DNA of 64,000 nucleotides from contig NW_021833735.1 of the NCBI RefSeq assembly GCF_006345805.1, positions 3,399-67,398 of the forward strand, read 5' to 3'. Shown here in pieces: positions 37,983 through 52,435 of this stretch (position 1 is its first letter; each line of letters opens with the position of its first letter). The position numbers were made by a program, and so were the translations under genes. The notes beneath the pieces were generated by a model. The model did no database searches. It was given only the letters and a program-made list of their open reading frames with translations, and was not told the origin of the DNA. The DNA is from Octopus sinensis (taxonomy: Eukaryota).

Positions 37983-38509
37983 TATATATATATATATATA
38001 AATTTAAAGGACTGACCACTAAAAGTGGACGGTCAACATGCTAGATATAAACGTCAAATCGCTATTTTCCACAAAGAATATGTTCTGAAATAAAAACTCG
38101 GCACCGACAGAAGCATTAAAAATAAGCAAGACAAATGAAAATATACGAAATAAAAATGATTATCCATGTACCGATCAGTTTTGATTGTTAATATCTGCAA
38201 GGATAAACTGCAATCTCGTCAGTATGGTCTGTCATATAGAAATACAATTTGCAGGACTAGATGCAAAAACGTTTGACCGGAGTCTCGCATGCATGGAGTC
38301 CAAGCGATTATATTTTTGTGTATCTTTCAAATGCCTTCACTTTGGCGCGCTGAGATCGGAAAAACTACCCTGCAGCTAATAAGCAGCAGCAGTCAGTTTG
38401 CCGGTTAGAGAAGGTATTTATTTAATTTAAAATTTAATAAGGGTAGAAATTGATATTAATCAATTTTAAAAATCCGAAGATTAAAATATTTTTACATACA
38501 AATTTAAAG

Positions 38510-38832
<323 letters not shown>

Positions 38833-39079
38833 CACACTCACACAGACACACACACACTAAAAAAGGTTCCTACTTCCTGTACTCCGAGTTGCTCGTTTCC
38901 GACCATCAGCTGGAAAACTGAGGTTGGGTTTTATTTTTGAATATCCAACGTCTGGATATATTTTGAAGCAGGGAATGAAGGTTCGAATGAAACGCTAATC
39001 TTCCTGTTTTTTTCATTTAAAAACCTTTGCGAACGACACGTGCGAAAACGGTCGCTTCGATTCACATACATACACACAC

Positions 39080-39140
<61 letters not shown>

Positions 39141-39143
39141 ACC

Positions 39144-39217
<74 letters not shown>

Positions 39218-39231
39218 GCTTACAGGAATGA

Positions 39232-39420
39232 ATACAAATGTAACAATTTTGATGACTGCATAAATGATAAACAGAACGCTATTAAGTATTTTTAAAAAAA
39301 CCATTAGTAGATCCGAATTCCAAGGCAGACATTTTGACGTCGGATCTACTAACGGTTTTTTTTAATTACTTAATAGCGTTCTGTTCATCATGTATGCAGT
39401 CATCGTAATTGTTATAATGT
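39232..39420. repeat. Fold-back hairpin, about 85-bp arms with 20-nt loop
   Basis: gatgactgcata...aacagaacgctattaagta...ttagtagatccga / tcggatctactaa...tacttaatagcgttctgtt...tatgcagtcatc. Confidence 0.85.
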
Positions 39421-39569
39421 CGTGTTGTTGAGATAGGTTCTCTTTCTTTCCTGATGAGAAGATATTTTTACACCGTTTATTCCTTTGGAATAAAACCAAT
39501 GTTGTCTTCGAAACATATGTCAAAAGTAAAAGAATTTGAATAGCATCTGCGTTCAACTCCATTTATTTA

Positions 39570-39606
<37 letters not shown>

Positions 39607-39879
39607 CGTGTGTGTGTGTGAGAGAGAGAGAGAGAGAAAGAGAAAGATATTTATATATATATATATGTATGTATATAGAATGTATACATAAATATATATA
39701 TATGATATGTATATATATATATAGAGAGAGAGAGAGAAAAGAGAGAGTGATGTGTGTGTGTGCGTGTGTGTTTACATAAATGTTACGTACCTCAATAACT
39801 TCTACATCTTTCATCCGATTTCTCTAAAACTTTATACACCGCTGCTCCGTATCCCAGACTCGAACATAGGCTACTTAGA

Positions 39880-40222
39880 TTTTTCTTAATTGATTAGCAC
39901 ACTAGTAAAGAGGGCTTTGACGGGAGCCATCATCAACAAAAAATGGTGGTTTGCCTTCAAGATAGCAGTAAAAGCAGAAGCGATTAGGTACAGCAAAACA
40001 CTAGCCATAGATAGAAATAGAATAGAGGGTGAGCTAGTTAAGAAGCTAGAAGGGGCAATTAGAAGCGGCATCGCATCCGACGTTTTGGCGGCGAGGTTGA
40101 CCCTCAACCAACACTTCAACGCCAAACACGAAGGGTGTGCTGTCAGAGCTAGGATGCGTGCTCTAAGGAACGAAGGTGTTGGAGTCGCTAGAGAGGCCCG
40201 GGTGGCAGAGGCGCAACGGGGC
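39880..40222 (+). mobile_element. Tx1/L1-clade ORF2 fragment (endonuclease-RT linker)
   Basis: [19 protein letters not shown]...[11 protein letters not shown]...L...[15 protein letters not shown] matches the linker pattern of L1/Tx1 ORF2; ends abruptly in (GATA)n. Confidence 0.7.
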
Positions 40223-40417
<195 letters not shown>

Positions 40418-40733
40418 AGACATGAAATGAACTAGCAAAAGTAACTCACACTGGCTAGTGACATGCATTGAAATAGACACGAATAAAGATATATTAAATA
40501 CCAAAGAAAACAGATTTGTGATTTATAGAAATCATCTCCCCTTACAGATATGACAGAACAATCGATTGGTGGCAACAGGGACCAACTTTAAATGAGAAAC
40601 ACAAATTTTCTAAAATGGATTTGTCATTCAAGAGAACAGTGTCTGCTTTTGGGGAGAAGAAAAAATTTTATTGTTTGCAAGTGTTTTGCCGCAATCAGCG
40701 TCATCAGCACAGCTGTTCAAGGGCATTTACTAA

Positions 40734-40802
40734 CGAAGAAGAAGAAGAAGAAGAAGAAGAAGAAGAAGAAGAAGAAGAAGAAGAAGAAGAAGAAGAAGAA
40801 GA
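40734..40802. repeat. (GAA)n microsatellite
   Basis: Direct. Confidence 0.97.
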
Positions 40803-40925
40803 GTAGATATATACGAAAAAAAAGTGAACTTGTTCTATGGCAGAAGTAATTTGCATAAACGGCACGAAAATGAGCTAAAGAAAAATTGAGAGTGGCCAGT
40901 GGCGTAATAAATACATATAGATATG

Positions 40926-40985
<60 letters not shown>

Positions 40986-41709
40986 CTATACATATAGCAT
41001 ATATATATAATATATATTATATATATATATATATATATGCATATATGTATATATATATATATATAATATATATATAGATAGATAGATAGATACACAACCA
41101 CACACATGGAGAGAGAGAAAGAGAGATAAAACGAGGGGGACGATAGATAAATAGACAGATACCTACACATGTATGTATATACATAGAGAGACAGACAGAC
41201 AGACAGAGCGAGGGCGAGCGCGATAGATACATACGCAAATACACACACACATATGTGTGCCCATATATATATACATATATATATATATGTTTATACATTT
41301 ATTCGCTTTTGTATGTAAACACATGTGCATATATTTGCAATAGTCATATACATTGAAATCGATCCCCCGTCTCTCGTACTGCTAATTATTTTTATTACCG
41401 ATACAGGATATTTTTTATAGTATTTTTAATGTAATTATAATTGTCATAATGGAGGCCGCCACCATAATTATGCACACATATATTTAAATATATATACACA
41501 TGCAGCTATATATATGTAATATATACGAACATATAGATAAATAGATAAATAGAAATGTATGTATACATATATATATATACATGTACGTGTGTGTGTCTGT
41601 GTGCGCGTGCTTAGAATTAGTTTTCAATTACTCTCCTAACTCGTAGCCACCATATATCTTCAGGCTTTTCCACAAACTACTCCTACTCAGAAGAATACAA
41701 CGAATAATC

Positions 41710-41720
41710 ATGATGTTGAA

Positions 41721-41764
<44 letters not shown>

Positions 41765-41768
41765 CGAC

Positions 41769-41810
<42 letters not shown>

Positions 41811-41820
41811 TGATGATGAC

Positions 41821-41860
<40 letters not shown>

Positions 41861-41862
41861 TA
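41710..41862. repeat. (GAT)n + (AAT)n microsatellite
   Basis: Direct. Confidence 0.95.
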
Positions 41863-42171
41863 ATATGGAATTCCTGGTGTAAATATCTATCGTACACCAC
41901 TCATTCGCTCACACATTCACAATCCGTATATATACATATATATATATATGTAGGTATATATATGTATTTGTATATATATATATTATATATATATATATAA
42001 TGATATATATGTGTATATATGTGTATATATATGTGTATATATATATATTATATATGTGTGGGCATACATATGTATATATGTGTGGGCATACATACATATA
42101 TATGTGTGGGCATACATATGTATATATATATAAATATATGTACACAATATACATATTCATATAAATACACG

Positions 42172-42228
<57 letters not shown>

Positions 42229-42854
42229 GTGGTGATAGGAATAACTATTTGTGTAAATGTGTATATGTATATATATATAATGTAGTTATTACCCTACACA
42301 CACTCACATTCTAACACGCAGCGAATTACACCACGATAATAAACATGTTTTAGTATCTGTGTGTATGGTTGTGTGAATGTGTGTACGTATGTGTGTGAGT
42401 GTGTGAATATATATATATATATGTTTGTGTGTGTGTGTATGCCTGTGTGTACCGAAAAAGGAAAATTGTACACACAATAGATATCATAAAATGAGATGTA
42501 GACTTATTGTTAGAGGCTGAAAAGTTATTCTGTCCAACGACGTTCCTTGAGGCCATTAGGAAACTGTTAGCCAGAAATGTGTGTGTTTGTGTGTGTGTGA
42601 GCATGTGAGTATGTGAGTATGTGGGTGTGTGTGTATGTGAATTTTTGTACAAGGCATTCATATACACACATATACACATACCCGCAAATGTAAATGCTTA
42701 CATACAGTATTACGGATACACACATGCACACACACACGCACACACAAACACACATGCACACACACGCACACATAACATAAGGACTTGCGTTTAGATGAAA
42801 TACATCTGATTTTCTATAAGTGTATATTTACTCATGTGCGCCCGCAGACACCAC

Positions 42855-42908
<54 letters not shown>

Positions 42909-42925
42909 TCTCTCTCTCTATATAT

Positions 42926-42959
<34 letters not shown>

Positions 42960-43017
42960 ATAATATATATATATATATATAATATATATATAGATATACT
43001 TATATATATATATAATA

Positions 43018-43057
<40 letters not shown>

Positions 43058-43193
43058 TAGATAATATATATATATATATATATATATATAGATATATATA
43101 TATATATAGGATATAATATATATATATATATGTGTGTGTGTTTGTGTGTTTGTGTCTGTGTCTGTGTATATATGTATATATTATGTATGTATG

Positions 43194-43225
<32 letters not shown>

Positions 43226-43288
43226 ACAAAATAAATAAAACATATGCGTATATACATACATATATGTACATACCTACATCTATATGTG

Positions 43289-43360
<72 letters not shown>

Positions 43361-43362
<2 letters not shown>

Positions 43363-43655
43363 AGGCGCAATGGCCCAGTGTTTAGGGCAGCGGACTCGCG
43401 GTCGTAGAATCGCGGTTTCGATTCCCAGACCGGGCGTTATGAGTGTTTATTGAGCGAAAACACCTAAAAGCTCCGGCAGGGGGTGGTGATCCCTGCTGTA
43501 CTCTTTCACCACTCTTTCTCCCACTCTTTCTTCTGTTGGCATGCTCGCTTACCCAGCGGGGTGGCGTCATTGGAAGGCTAAAACAATGCGAACGCATTGT
43601 GACCAGCGGTGTGTAACTACATCTGATAGACTGGTCGGTCACGTGATCACGTGAT
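43361..43655 (+). mobile_element. tRNA-derived SINE, family D
   Basis: ggaggcgcaatggcccagtgtttagggcagcggact (A-box-like)...gcggtttcgattccc (B box), unrelated body, ends ggtcacgtgatcacgtgata. Confidence 0.8.
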
Positions 43656-43857
43656 ATGTATATGTACATGCATATATGGTTACAGGGCACCAAAAAATCG
43701 TAGAACACAATGAGAAACGAAAACAAAAACAAAACATGGAAACGGACCTTTTACAAACAATGAAAAAAACAGAGTACAAGGCATACAACACAAAGAAAAT
43801 TCCCCGTCTTCAGTTGCGCCTGTTTTGGCTACTCCGCCTTTCGAAGGTCTATATGCA

Positions 43858-44625
43858 TACGTGGCGCGATCAATAAGCATCTCGTAAAGCCGCTTGGCAA
43901 AGATTGACCTTAAACTCCACAGTGCATGCGCAGTATGTTTTAACGTTCTAGCTGACTGACGCTGTTTATAGCAGTGCTTGGAAAGAACGTTTGTAGCGTG
44001 TGATCGTCGCATTGACCATGACAGAGAAAGTTGGGCAGAGAATCTTCGTCAAAATTTGCGAAATGTTTTATGATACCTGCTCAGGGGGCGGCGCGAAGTT
44101 TTCAAGAAGTTTTCATCGCTCTCGACACAATCGAAGATATCTTGTACATCTGAAACCCGAGTGTCATTTTGGTCAACTGTAAACAGTTTCGACACAAACT
44201 TGGCTGACAGGAATCTCATATCCAAATCTTCAGTGATAATGGACTGAACCGTATCTAATCTGCGCATTCTCTGACACCTCACGGATGGTGATTCGACGAT
44301 TTCCCTTCACAGCTGCACGCAAACTGCGATGTGTTTTTCTTTTCAGTTCTGCTGGCAGCGGGTTTCCCTGAACGTTTGTCAATATCGACATTTTTCGGCA
44401 ATTTTCAATAACTCTGTACCAGTTGTACACCTGTGTGCGGTTAACGGGATCCTTCCCATACACTTTCTGCAGCTTTGCATAGGCATCTGACAATTATCTG
44501 TCACGGTCAATGCAACGATCACACACTACACACCTTCCTTCCAAGTGCTGCTCTAAACAGCGGAAGTGAGCTACAACATTAACACGTAGTGCACATGTGC
44601 AACAGTGTTCCAGATTAATCTTTGC
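43858..44625. mobile_element. Two mariner-family 5' fragments in inverted orientation
   Basis: + strand: leader then MTEKVGQRIFVKICEMF; - strand: homologous leader then SDAYAKLQKVYGKDPVNRTQVYNWYR...ITIREVSENAQIRYGSV / ITEDLDMRFLSAKFVSKLFTVDQ (HTH region). Confidence 0.75.
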
Positions 44626-44738
44626 CAAAATGGTCTACTCTGCGTGGTTTAGCTTTGTTACTATGGCAACAGTTCAGATACTTATTCATCAGACTGTGTG
44701 TGTGTGAATATATATATATACATATATATGTATATATA

Positions 44739-44789
<51 letters not shown>

Positions 44790-45198
44790 CATATATATAC
44801 ATACATATATTTGGCGCTGGCGTGAGTGCGTAGTAAGAATTAGGAATATGAAATTTTGCATTTCAAAATACCTTGCATTGTCCTTTCTCATGCCCTAATG
44901 TTTTCCCGCTCAAGGTATTTTGAAATGCAAGATTATATATTTAAATAGGTTTTGTAGTTTAAATTGGATGCAAAACGAAACAATTGTAGGTGAAGATGTT
45001 AATGGATTCATAAATTAATTTGTATCCATTAGATCTCTCCGTTTCCAAGCTAAATAATTATATATAATATATATATAGTTGTATTTCGGATGGTTATTTT
45101 AATTACTAATGATAAATAAAATCACCATACCGAAATATAGCAATGTCTGATACAACACGATTTCATATGAGAAATATTGCAAAACAAATTGATAAACG

Positions 45199-45382
<184 letters not shown>

Positions 45383-45989
45383 CAAACAGACAGACAGAGA
45401 TGGATGAAGTGATAGCTCCCATAGATCTTCCAATTTATACAATATTTTTCTCCACCTCTTCTTTACAACGAAAGTCCTCTAAATTTCTGCCTCTATACCT
45501 ACACACACAAACACAAACACCACACACACAAACACAAACACACACACACACACACACGTACACACACACATGCGCGAACACACACAAATACATACAGATA
45601 CACACAAAGAAACACACACTCCAACACACATATTCAAACACACACACGTACACATATACTCACGCCAACATGTCCGTTTCACTGGCCGCGAGCAAGTTAA
45701 GCTTCACTTCTTCGCTGGCAATCCCCCATCTTTTGTTCATCTCGCTGGTCGCGTGATGGTCTTCCGTATTGAGAGACGTAGTCAGGTTCTGAATGCTAGA
45801 AAGAGGGAGGGCATGAGAGTGTGAAGGTAAGACTGAAGGCTATGAGCCAGTGGTGAGGAAAATCTTCAGGTGAATCTCTCGCTTCAGATTCGGCATCTTA
45901 TTACAGGTGACAATACAACATCTGTACGATACATATTTACACACATTCCTATATATATTATACCTACATACATAATATAATATATATAC

Positions 45990-46028
<39 letters not shown>

Positions 46029-46049
46029 CATATATATATATATATATAT

Positions 46050-46088
<39 letters not shown>

Positions 46089-46732
46089 CATTATACGTAT
46101 GTATGTATATGTATACATATATATACGGACATACATACATACGCATAGGCACAACCGGACACGAATGCATATGTGCGTATACATATATATTTTATACACG
46201 CAAATACATATATTTGTGTATTTGCATATTATTCACCTGTTGATATGTATTTATACGTGTGTGTGTCTGTGTGTTGAATGCATATGTATGTGTGTGTGTG
46301 TGCATATTTATACACAGACGGACGCACAGACAGATAGATATGAACATGCACTTGCATTCAAACATACATACGAACGTACATGTATACATATATATACATA
46401 CATACATATATTTATATTATATATTACCCTGATAAAGAATACCTGTCTACACACACCACACATATATACATATATATATATTATATATATTATATAATAT
46501 ACATATATATATATATATATATGTTATATAAATATATGTATATATATAGATGTTTATATATATACATACATATACACACATATTATATGCATATACACCA
46601 TACATATATCTACATATATACATATTATATATACATATGTATAATATATATATATGTGTATATATATATATATAAATGTATGTATATATATATATATATC
46701 TATATAATATATATATATATATATAATATATA

Positions 46733-46775
<43 letters not shown>

Positions 46776-46893
46776 CATACTTATATGCATATATATGTGT
46801 AGATATCGGATTACATATCTTTAACATCATATCCAAGAATGCTGACTCCCCTGTATCTACCTCTCTCTCCCTTATCTATCTATCTATTATCTA

Positions 46894-46925
<32 letters not shown>

Positions 46926-47503
46926 ATCTATCTATCTATCTATATATCTATCTTACACATACACATACGTGCACATACACAAACTGCCCGCTTTACAGGA
47001 TGTTACTCTCCGTAGCGAGCTCCTATATAATAAATACGATTGGCCTTCATTTTTCTAACGATTCTCTTCATTGGTCGGAGTTTTTAAATCAGGGTCCGGC
47101 AGCCAGATTTGACGACGACCACCAATACCACTACTAATACTACTACTACTGCTGTTGCTGCAACTAGTACCATTATTACTACTGCTGTTGCTACTGCTGC
47201 TGCTACTACTACAACTATGACTACTCTCAGACACAATAATATACATATATATATGTGTATATACATATATAAATATTTTAGCATATATATAATACTATAT
47301 GCTATACATTTATAATACATACATATATACATTTATTATCACCATCATCATCATCATCATCATCATCGTTATCATTGTCATCATCATCATCATCATCAAC
47401 ATCATCATCATCATTATAATTATCTGTTACCATCACTGACTGATATAAATTATGAGTCTTGTCAAATATTTGGTATATATGACCTTCCATTCATTAGCAT
47501 TAT

Positions 47504-47680
47504 GAGCGAGATCTGGCAGAAACGTTAGCAAGCCGTATTTCGTCTGTCTTTTACGTTCTGTGTTCAAATTCCACCGGGGTCCACTCTGCCTTTGATCCTT
47601 TCGAGGTCGATAAATTAAGTACCAGGTGTGTACCGGGGTTGATCTACGCGACTGGCCCCTCCTCGAAAATTTCGGGCCTT
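47504..47680 (+). mobile_element. tRNA-derived SINE, family C
   Basis: ctggcagaaacgttagca...gtgttcaaattcc...gatcctttcgaggtcgataaattaagtaccagg. Confidence 0.88.
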
Positions 47681-48156
47681 TCACTTGCCAGTTCATATTG
47701 CAGGCCAATCAGAAAATCGTCATCCATAACATATGAAGCGCAGTAAGTAACCTTAAAGAGTTATTCATGGATAGCAATCACACATGGCATCAGCCAATGA
47801 CACATATTTGCATCGATGTATGTATGTATATATATATATAGATATATATACATATAGATATATATCTATAGATAATGTTGTATATATATATATATATTAT
47901 ATATATATATATATATATACCCTCTTGTGTCTGAGGAGAGTCATTTTCTTTTTGTACATTATAATTTAACACACTCACCGGTAAAATTTCCACTTTTTTT
48001 ATTTTCCTTAAATTCTCCTAGCATCTTGCAACCTTTTAAATAGTCTTGACCATTATAAGGCGCAAAAAGAAAATTACTCTCCCCAGACACAACAGAATAT
48101 GCTTTAACACACGAACTCACATAAGGTATCTTGCAAACCAAATCCCAAAACGAAAC

Positions 48157-48187
<31 letters not shown>

Positions 48188-48672
48188 GGAAATATTGCAT
48201 TTGTAAATCTCTGAGAGAGACTTATACAGTAGCAGCACGATAAAATATCTCTCTTGAGCATATATACACACGTACGCACAGAGCCTTATAAAGTCACATA
48301 CACAAACCCTGACACACATACATAGAGACATAAACACATCTATATTCACACACTCTAATATAGAGAAAAACACTTATTTTTTATTCACTGCCCAAACTTC
48401 CTCTTTCTTTCTCTCTCTCTCTCGCTTTCTCTCTATCAGCAACATGTCTCTCAGCCTTGTGAGCAAATGTAGGATCGTGGCCTGATTCCAATGCGATTCC
48501 TTAATGCCGAAGAATCAAAGAACTTAACAAATAAACTACCAATCAATCTGAGAAGACCTGAGTAGATTTCCAAGATATTAATAATTCCAATGGCGTGGAA
48601 ATTCCATAAAAATATACGCAGTGAATAAGTAAACAAATTAATACTAAATGATATTCTAAATTTAGCCCACAA

Positions 48673-48876
48673 GGGGCTAAACATACAGAGGACAAACAAA
48701 GGGATTAAGTCGATTACATCGACCCCAGTGCGAAACTGGTACTTTTATTTATCGACCCCGAAAGGATGAAAGGCAAAGTCGACCTCGGCGGAATTTGAAC
48801 TCAGAACGTAACGATATACGAAATACCGCGAAGCATTCCGCCCGGGGCGCTAACGTGTCTGCCAGCTCGCCGCCTT
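48673..48876 (-). mobile_element. tRNA-derived SINE, family C
   Basis: Reverse complement of 51338-51552. Confidence 0.9.
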
Positions 48877-49261
48877 ATAAAATGTATATATTTATAATCA
48901 TACTTATATAATATATAATATAAATGTATATATTTATAATCATACTTATATAATATATACATACGTGTATATGTACCTGCACACATACATACGTACGTAC
49001 ACATATATATACATACGTAAATAGATACATGTGAAGGACAATATACATATATCAACGATAAGCTACATGTGTCAACTTACTTTATCTATCACCCTATACA
49101 TATCAAGACGTGTTTTACATTTGATCCACCAATCTATGTGTCTTCCACTTCTGCCATCTCTGTGAATACTTATCTCTCTACAGATTTGTTGAGTATAACT
49201 TCTCTATCTGATAATCTACGCACTAAACAATGCACACACACACACACACACACACACTCAC

Positions 49262-49393
<132 letters not shown>

Positions 49394-49828
49394 TATATAT
49401 ATACATATATATAATGTTGTATATATATATATATCTATATATATATATATGTATTCACATGCTTATATACACACGTTGCACACACATACACACACACATA
49501 CACATACATATGCAAAAATTTATACGCAAATTACAAATTGCGTGGCTTTATTTCTTCCGCTCGCAGCCATTATTTGCCATTCGCTAATTTTCTATTTTTC
49601 CATTATTTCTTTGACACTGGTAACCTGTTTCCATGGAATAGAATGGCAATTGCAACAAGCGCATCAACGACAACAACAACAACAACAACATCAACAGCAA
49701 CGCGTACGACATTAGCAACAACCAAAACAACAACTCACATAGCAGCATCTATACGCCTCTAAGTAGTTTTATCATCAATTTTCTAGTATATGTTTTAGGC
49801 GTCCATTATTGTTCGGATAATGATGTGG

Positions 49829-49883
<55 letters not shown>

Positions 49884-50351
49884 TAATAATAATGATGATG
49901 ATGATGATGATGATGATAATTTTCCTTGTTAACAACAAGGGTTGACAAAAAGATGGCGGACCGTGAAACACGATCAAGAAGGGGCGTCAAACAAGGGAGA
50001 TAACAAAATCCCTCTTTGTGTTTTTGACTCCGCATATTTCACAATAGACATGCTGAGCGACTGAGGTATGGATAGATATTCCTTGTCGGTGACGGAATTG
50101 GTGTCAGTGAATCTGTATAATCAAAACATGCATTTGTAGGTCTGACAATGCAGAGTCAGGGTGATCTGTGAGTTTCCTTGATTAAACCCCAAACTTGGTT
50201 GTGCTTCTGTAACAAGAGGAACCTCTCAACATCATTTACTCGCATGTTGTGTATGACTTTCGTCTGGATTCGATTTTTCTTGTAAACTACTTACTTCAAG
50301 CAACTTGAAAATTCTGTCCCCCTCATTCGACGCCCCTGAGGCAAATAAAAG

Positions 50352-50392
<41 letters not shown>

Positions 50393-50490
50393 GTCGTCGT
50401 CGTCGTCGTTTTCGTCGACATCTCAATGTCTTTTTTACCCACATGGCCAATAAAACGTTCTTGTTGCTGTCATTATTATTATTATTATTA

Positions 50491-50537
<47 letters not shown>

Positions 50538-50656
50538 CAGCGAGGTCGACTTTGCATTTCATTTTTTCGAGGTCGATAAATTAAGTACCAGGTGCGTACT
50601 GGAGTCGATCTAATCGATTGCCCCCACCCCCGTCCCACCAAAATTTCAGGCCTTGG
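50538..50656 (+). mobile_element. SINE family C 3' part
   Basis: gaggtcgactttgc...gaggtcgataaattaagtaccaggtgcgtactggagtcgatc. Confidence 0.85.
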
Positions 50657-51337
50657 ATTATTATTAGTATTATTATATATTGCTGGGTGGGTGGAGGGTA
50701 ACTGGTTCCCTTTCAGTTTTCGCGACTGCTATCCGGAAGTGGGAGTAACAGCCAGCTTTTATATTCCTGATTAATTCCTGAAGGCTTACTCCTTACCTGC
50801 TCCTTATCCCCCCCATACACACACACACCAACCACCCCGGCACCTGGGCCACCCCACCACCTGGCCATCCCACCACCTGGCCACCCCGCCACCTGGCCAC
50901 TCCGCCATCGTCACAACTGATTCGCTCACCTGATGCTGTCGCCGTTCTCCTTATTCTCCTTCTTATCCACGGTTGCTATTGTGACTAATGTGCTTGTTCT
51001 TCTTGTTGCAATTCTTGTTACTAATGTCGTTTTGGTTGTGGTGGCTGTTGCAGTTATTGTTGTAGTTACTGTTGCTATGGCTACTGTTGTTGTTGTTTTT
51101 TGTTGTTACCGAGGTTGGTGTTGTTCACGTGGTTAACGGTGTTGTTGTTGTTGCTGTTTTTCGATGTTGTTTCTTTACTGTGAGCTGTAAAATTCTGGTA
51201 GACACAATCCTTCCACCCCCCCCCCTTCTTTTACACCCCCCCCCCCCCCGATTAGTCACCACTGACTTGGAACACTTACGATTAGAAGCTTTCAAGCTGT
51301 GAACATCTTTTATAGAACGGCAATATACCTATTCCAA

Positions 51338-51552
51338 AGGCGAGCTGGCAGAAACGTTAGCACGCCGGGCGAAATGCGAGCCGTAATTCGTCTGTCTTTA
51401 CGTTCCGAGTTCAAATTCCGCCGAGGTCGACTTTGCCTTTCATCCTTTCGGGATCGATATATTAAGTACCAGTTGCGTACTGGGGTCGATCTAATCGACT
51501 GGCCCGCCTTCCCAAACATTTTGGGCCTTGTGCCTGGAGTAGAAAAGAATAT
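51338..51552 (+). mobile_element. tRNA-derived SINE, family C (full length)
   Basis: aggcgagctggcagaaacgttagcacgccgggcgaaatg...gagttcaaattccgccgaggtcgactttgcc...gggccttgtgcctggagtagaaaagaat. Confidence 0.92.
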
Positions 51553-51647
51553 TCTCTTAAATTTAGAACAAAAATATAGAAGCAGTGTGAAATAATTTGA
51601 AAGACTTGAATTCTTCAGGAGATACCACAAAACGCTCTCTTGTTAAT

Positions 51648-52435
51648 CGTATTTACTCGTCTATAACCTGCACTCGTGTATAACTTGCACTCGTGTATAA
51701 CCTGCACTCGTGTATAACCTGCACTCGGGTATAACATGCACTCGTGTATAACCTGCACTCGGGTATAACATGCACTCGTATATAACCTGCACTCGTGTAT
51801 AACCTGCACTCGGGTATAACATGCACTCGTATATAACATGCACTCGTGTATAACCTGTACTCGTGTATAACATGCACTCGTGTATAACCTGCACTCGTGT
51901 ATAACTTGCACTCGGGTATAACATGCACTCGTATATAACATGCACTCGTGTATAACCTGTACTCGTGTATAACATGCACTCGTGTATAACCTGCACTCTT
52001 GTATAACTTGCACTCGGGTATAACATGCACTCGTATATAACCTGCACTCGTGTATAACCTGCACTCGTGTATAACCTGCACTCGTCTATAACCTGCACTC
52101 GTCTATAACTTGCACTCGGGTATAACATGCACTCGTATATAACCTGCACTCGTGTATAACCTGCACTCGTGTATAACCTGCACTCGTATATAACCTGCAC
52201 TCGTGTATAACCTGTACTCGCCTATAACATGCACTCGTGTATAACTTGCACTCGGGTATAACTTGCACTCGGGTATAACATGCACTCGTGTATAACCTGC
52301 ACTCGTGTATAAGTCGCACACTCAATTGAGTGTTAGTACTCGGTGCTTCATTTATCTCGTATACAAGCCATACTTTCTTTTTATTCAGTTAAATTCTCGT
52401 ATAGCATAGCGTGACTTATACATGAGTAGATACAT
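51648..52435. mobile_element. Non-autonomous DNA element containing a 17-bp minisatellite (tataacctgcactcgtg, about 38 copies at 51655-52315)
   Basis: Repeat directly visible; left end cgtatttactcgtctataa is approximately inverted to right end cttatacatgagtagatacat. Confidence 0.75.

Noticed and set aside
43361-43435. Genuine tRNA gene
   Set aside because: A/B boxes are present but there is no acceptor-stem closure and it continues into a SINE body; the same holds for the other SINE heads.
45650-45900. Third Tx1 3'-end fragment
   Set aside because: Resemblance (LFISLVA, SGESL) is too weak and spread over several frames.
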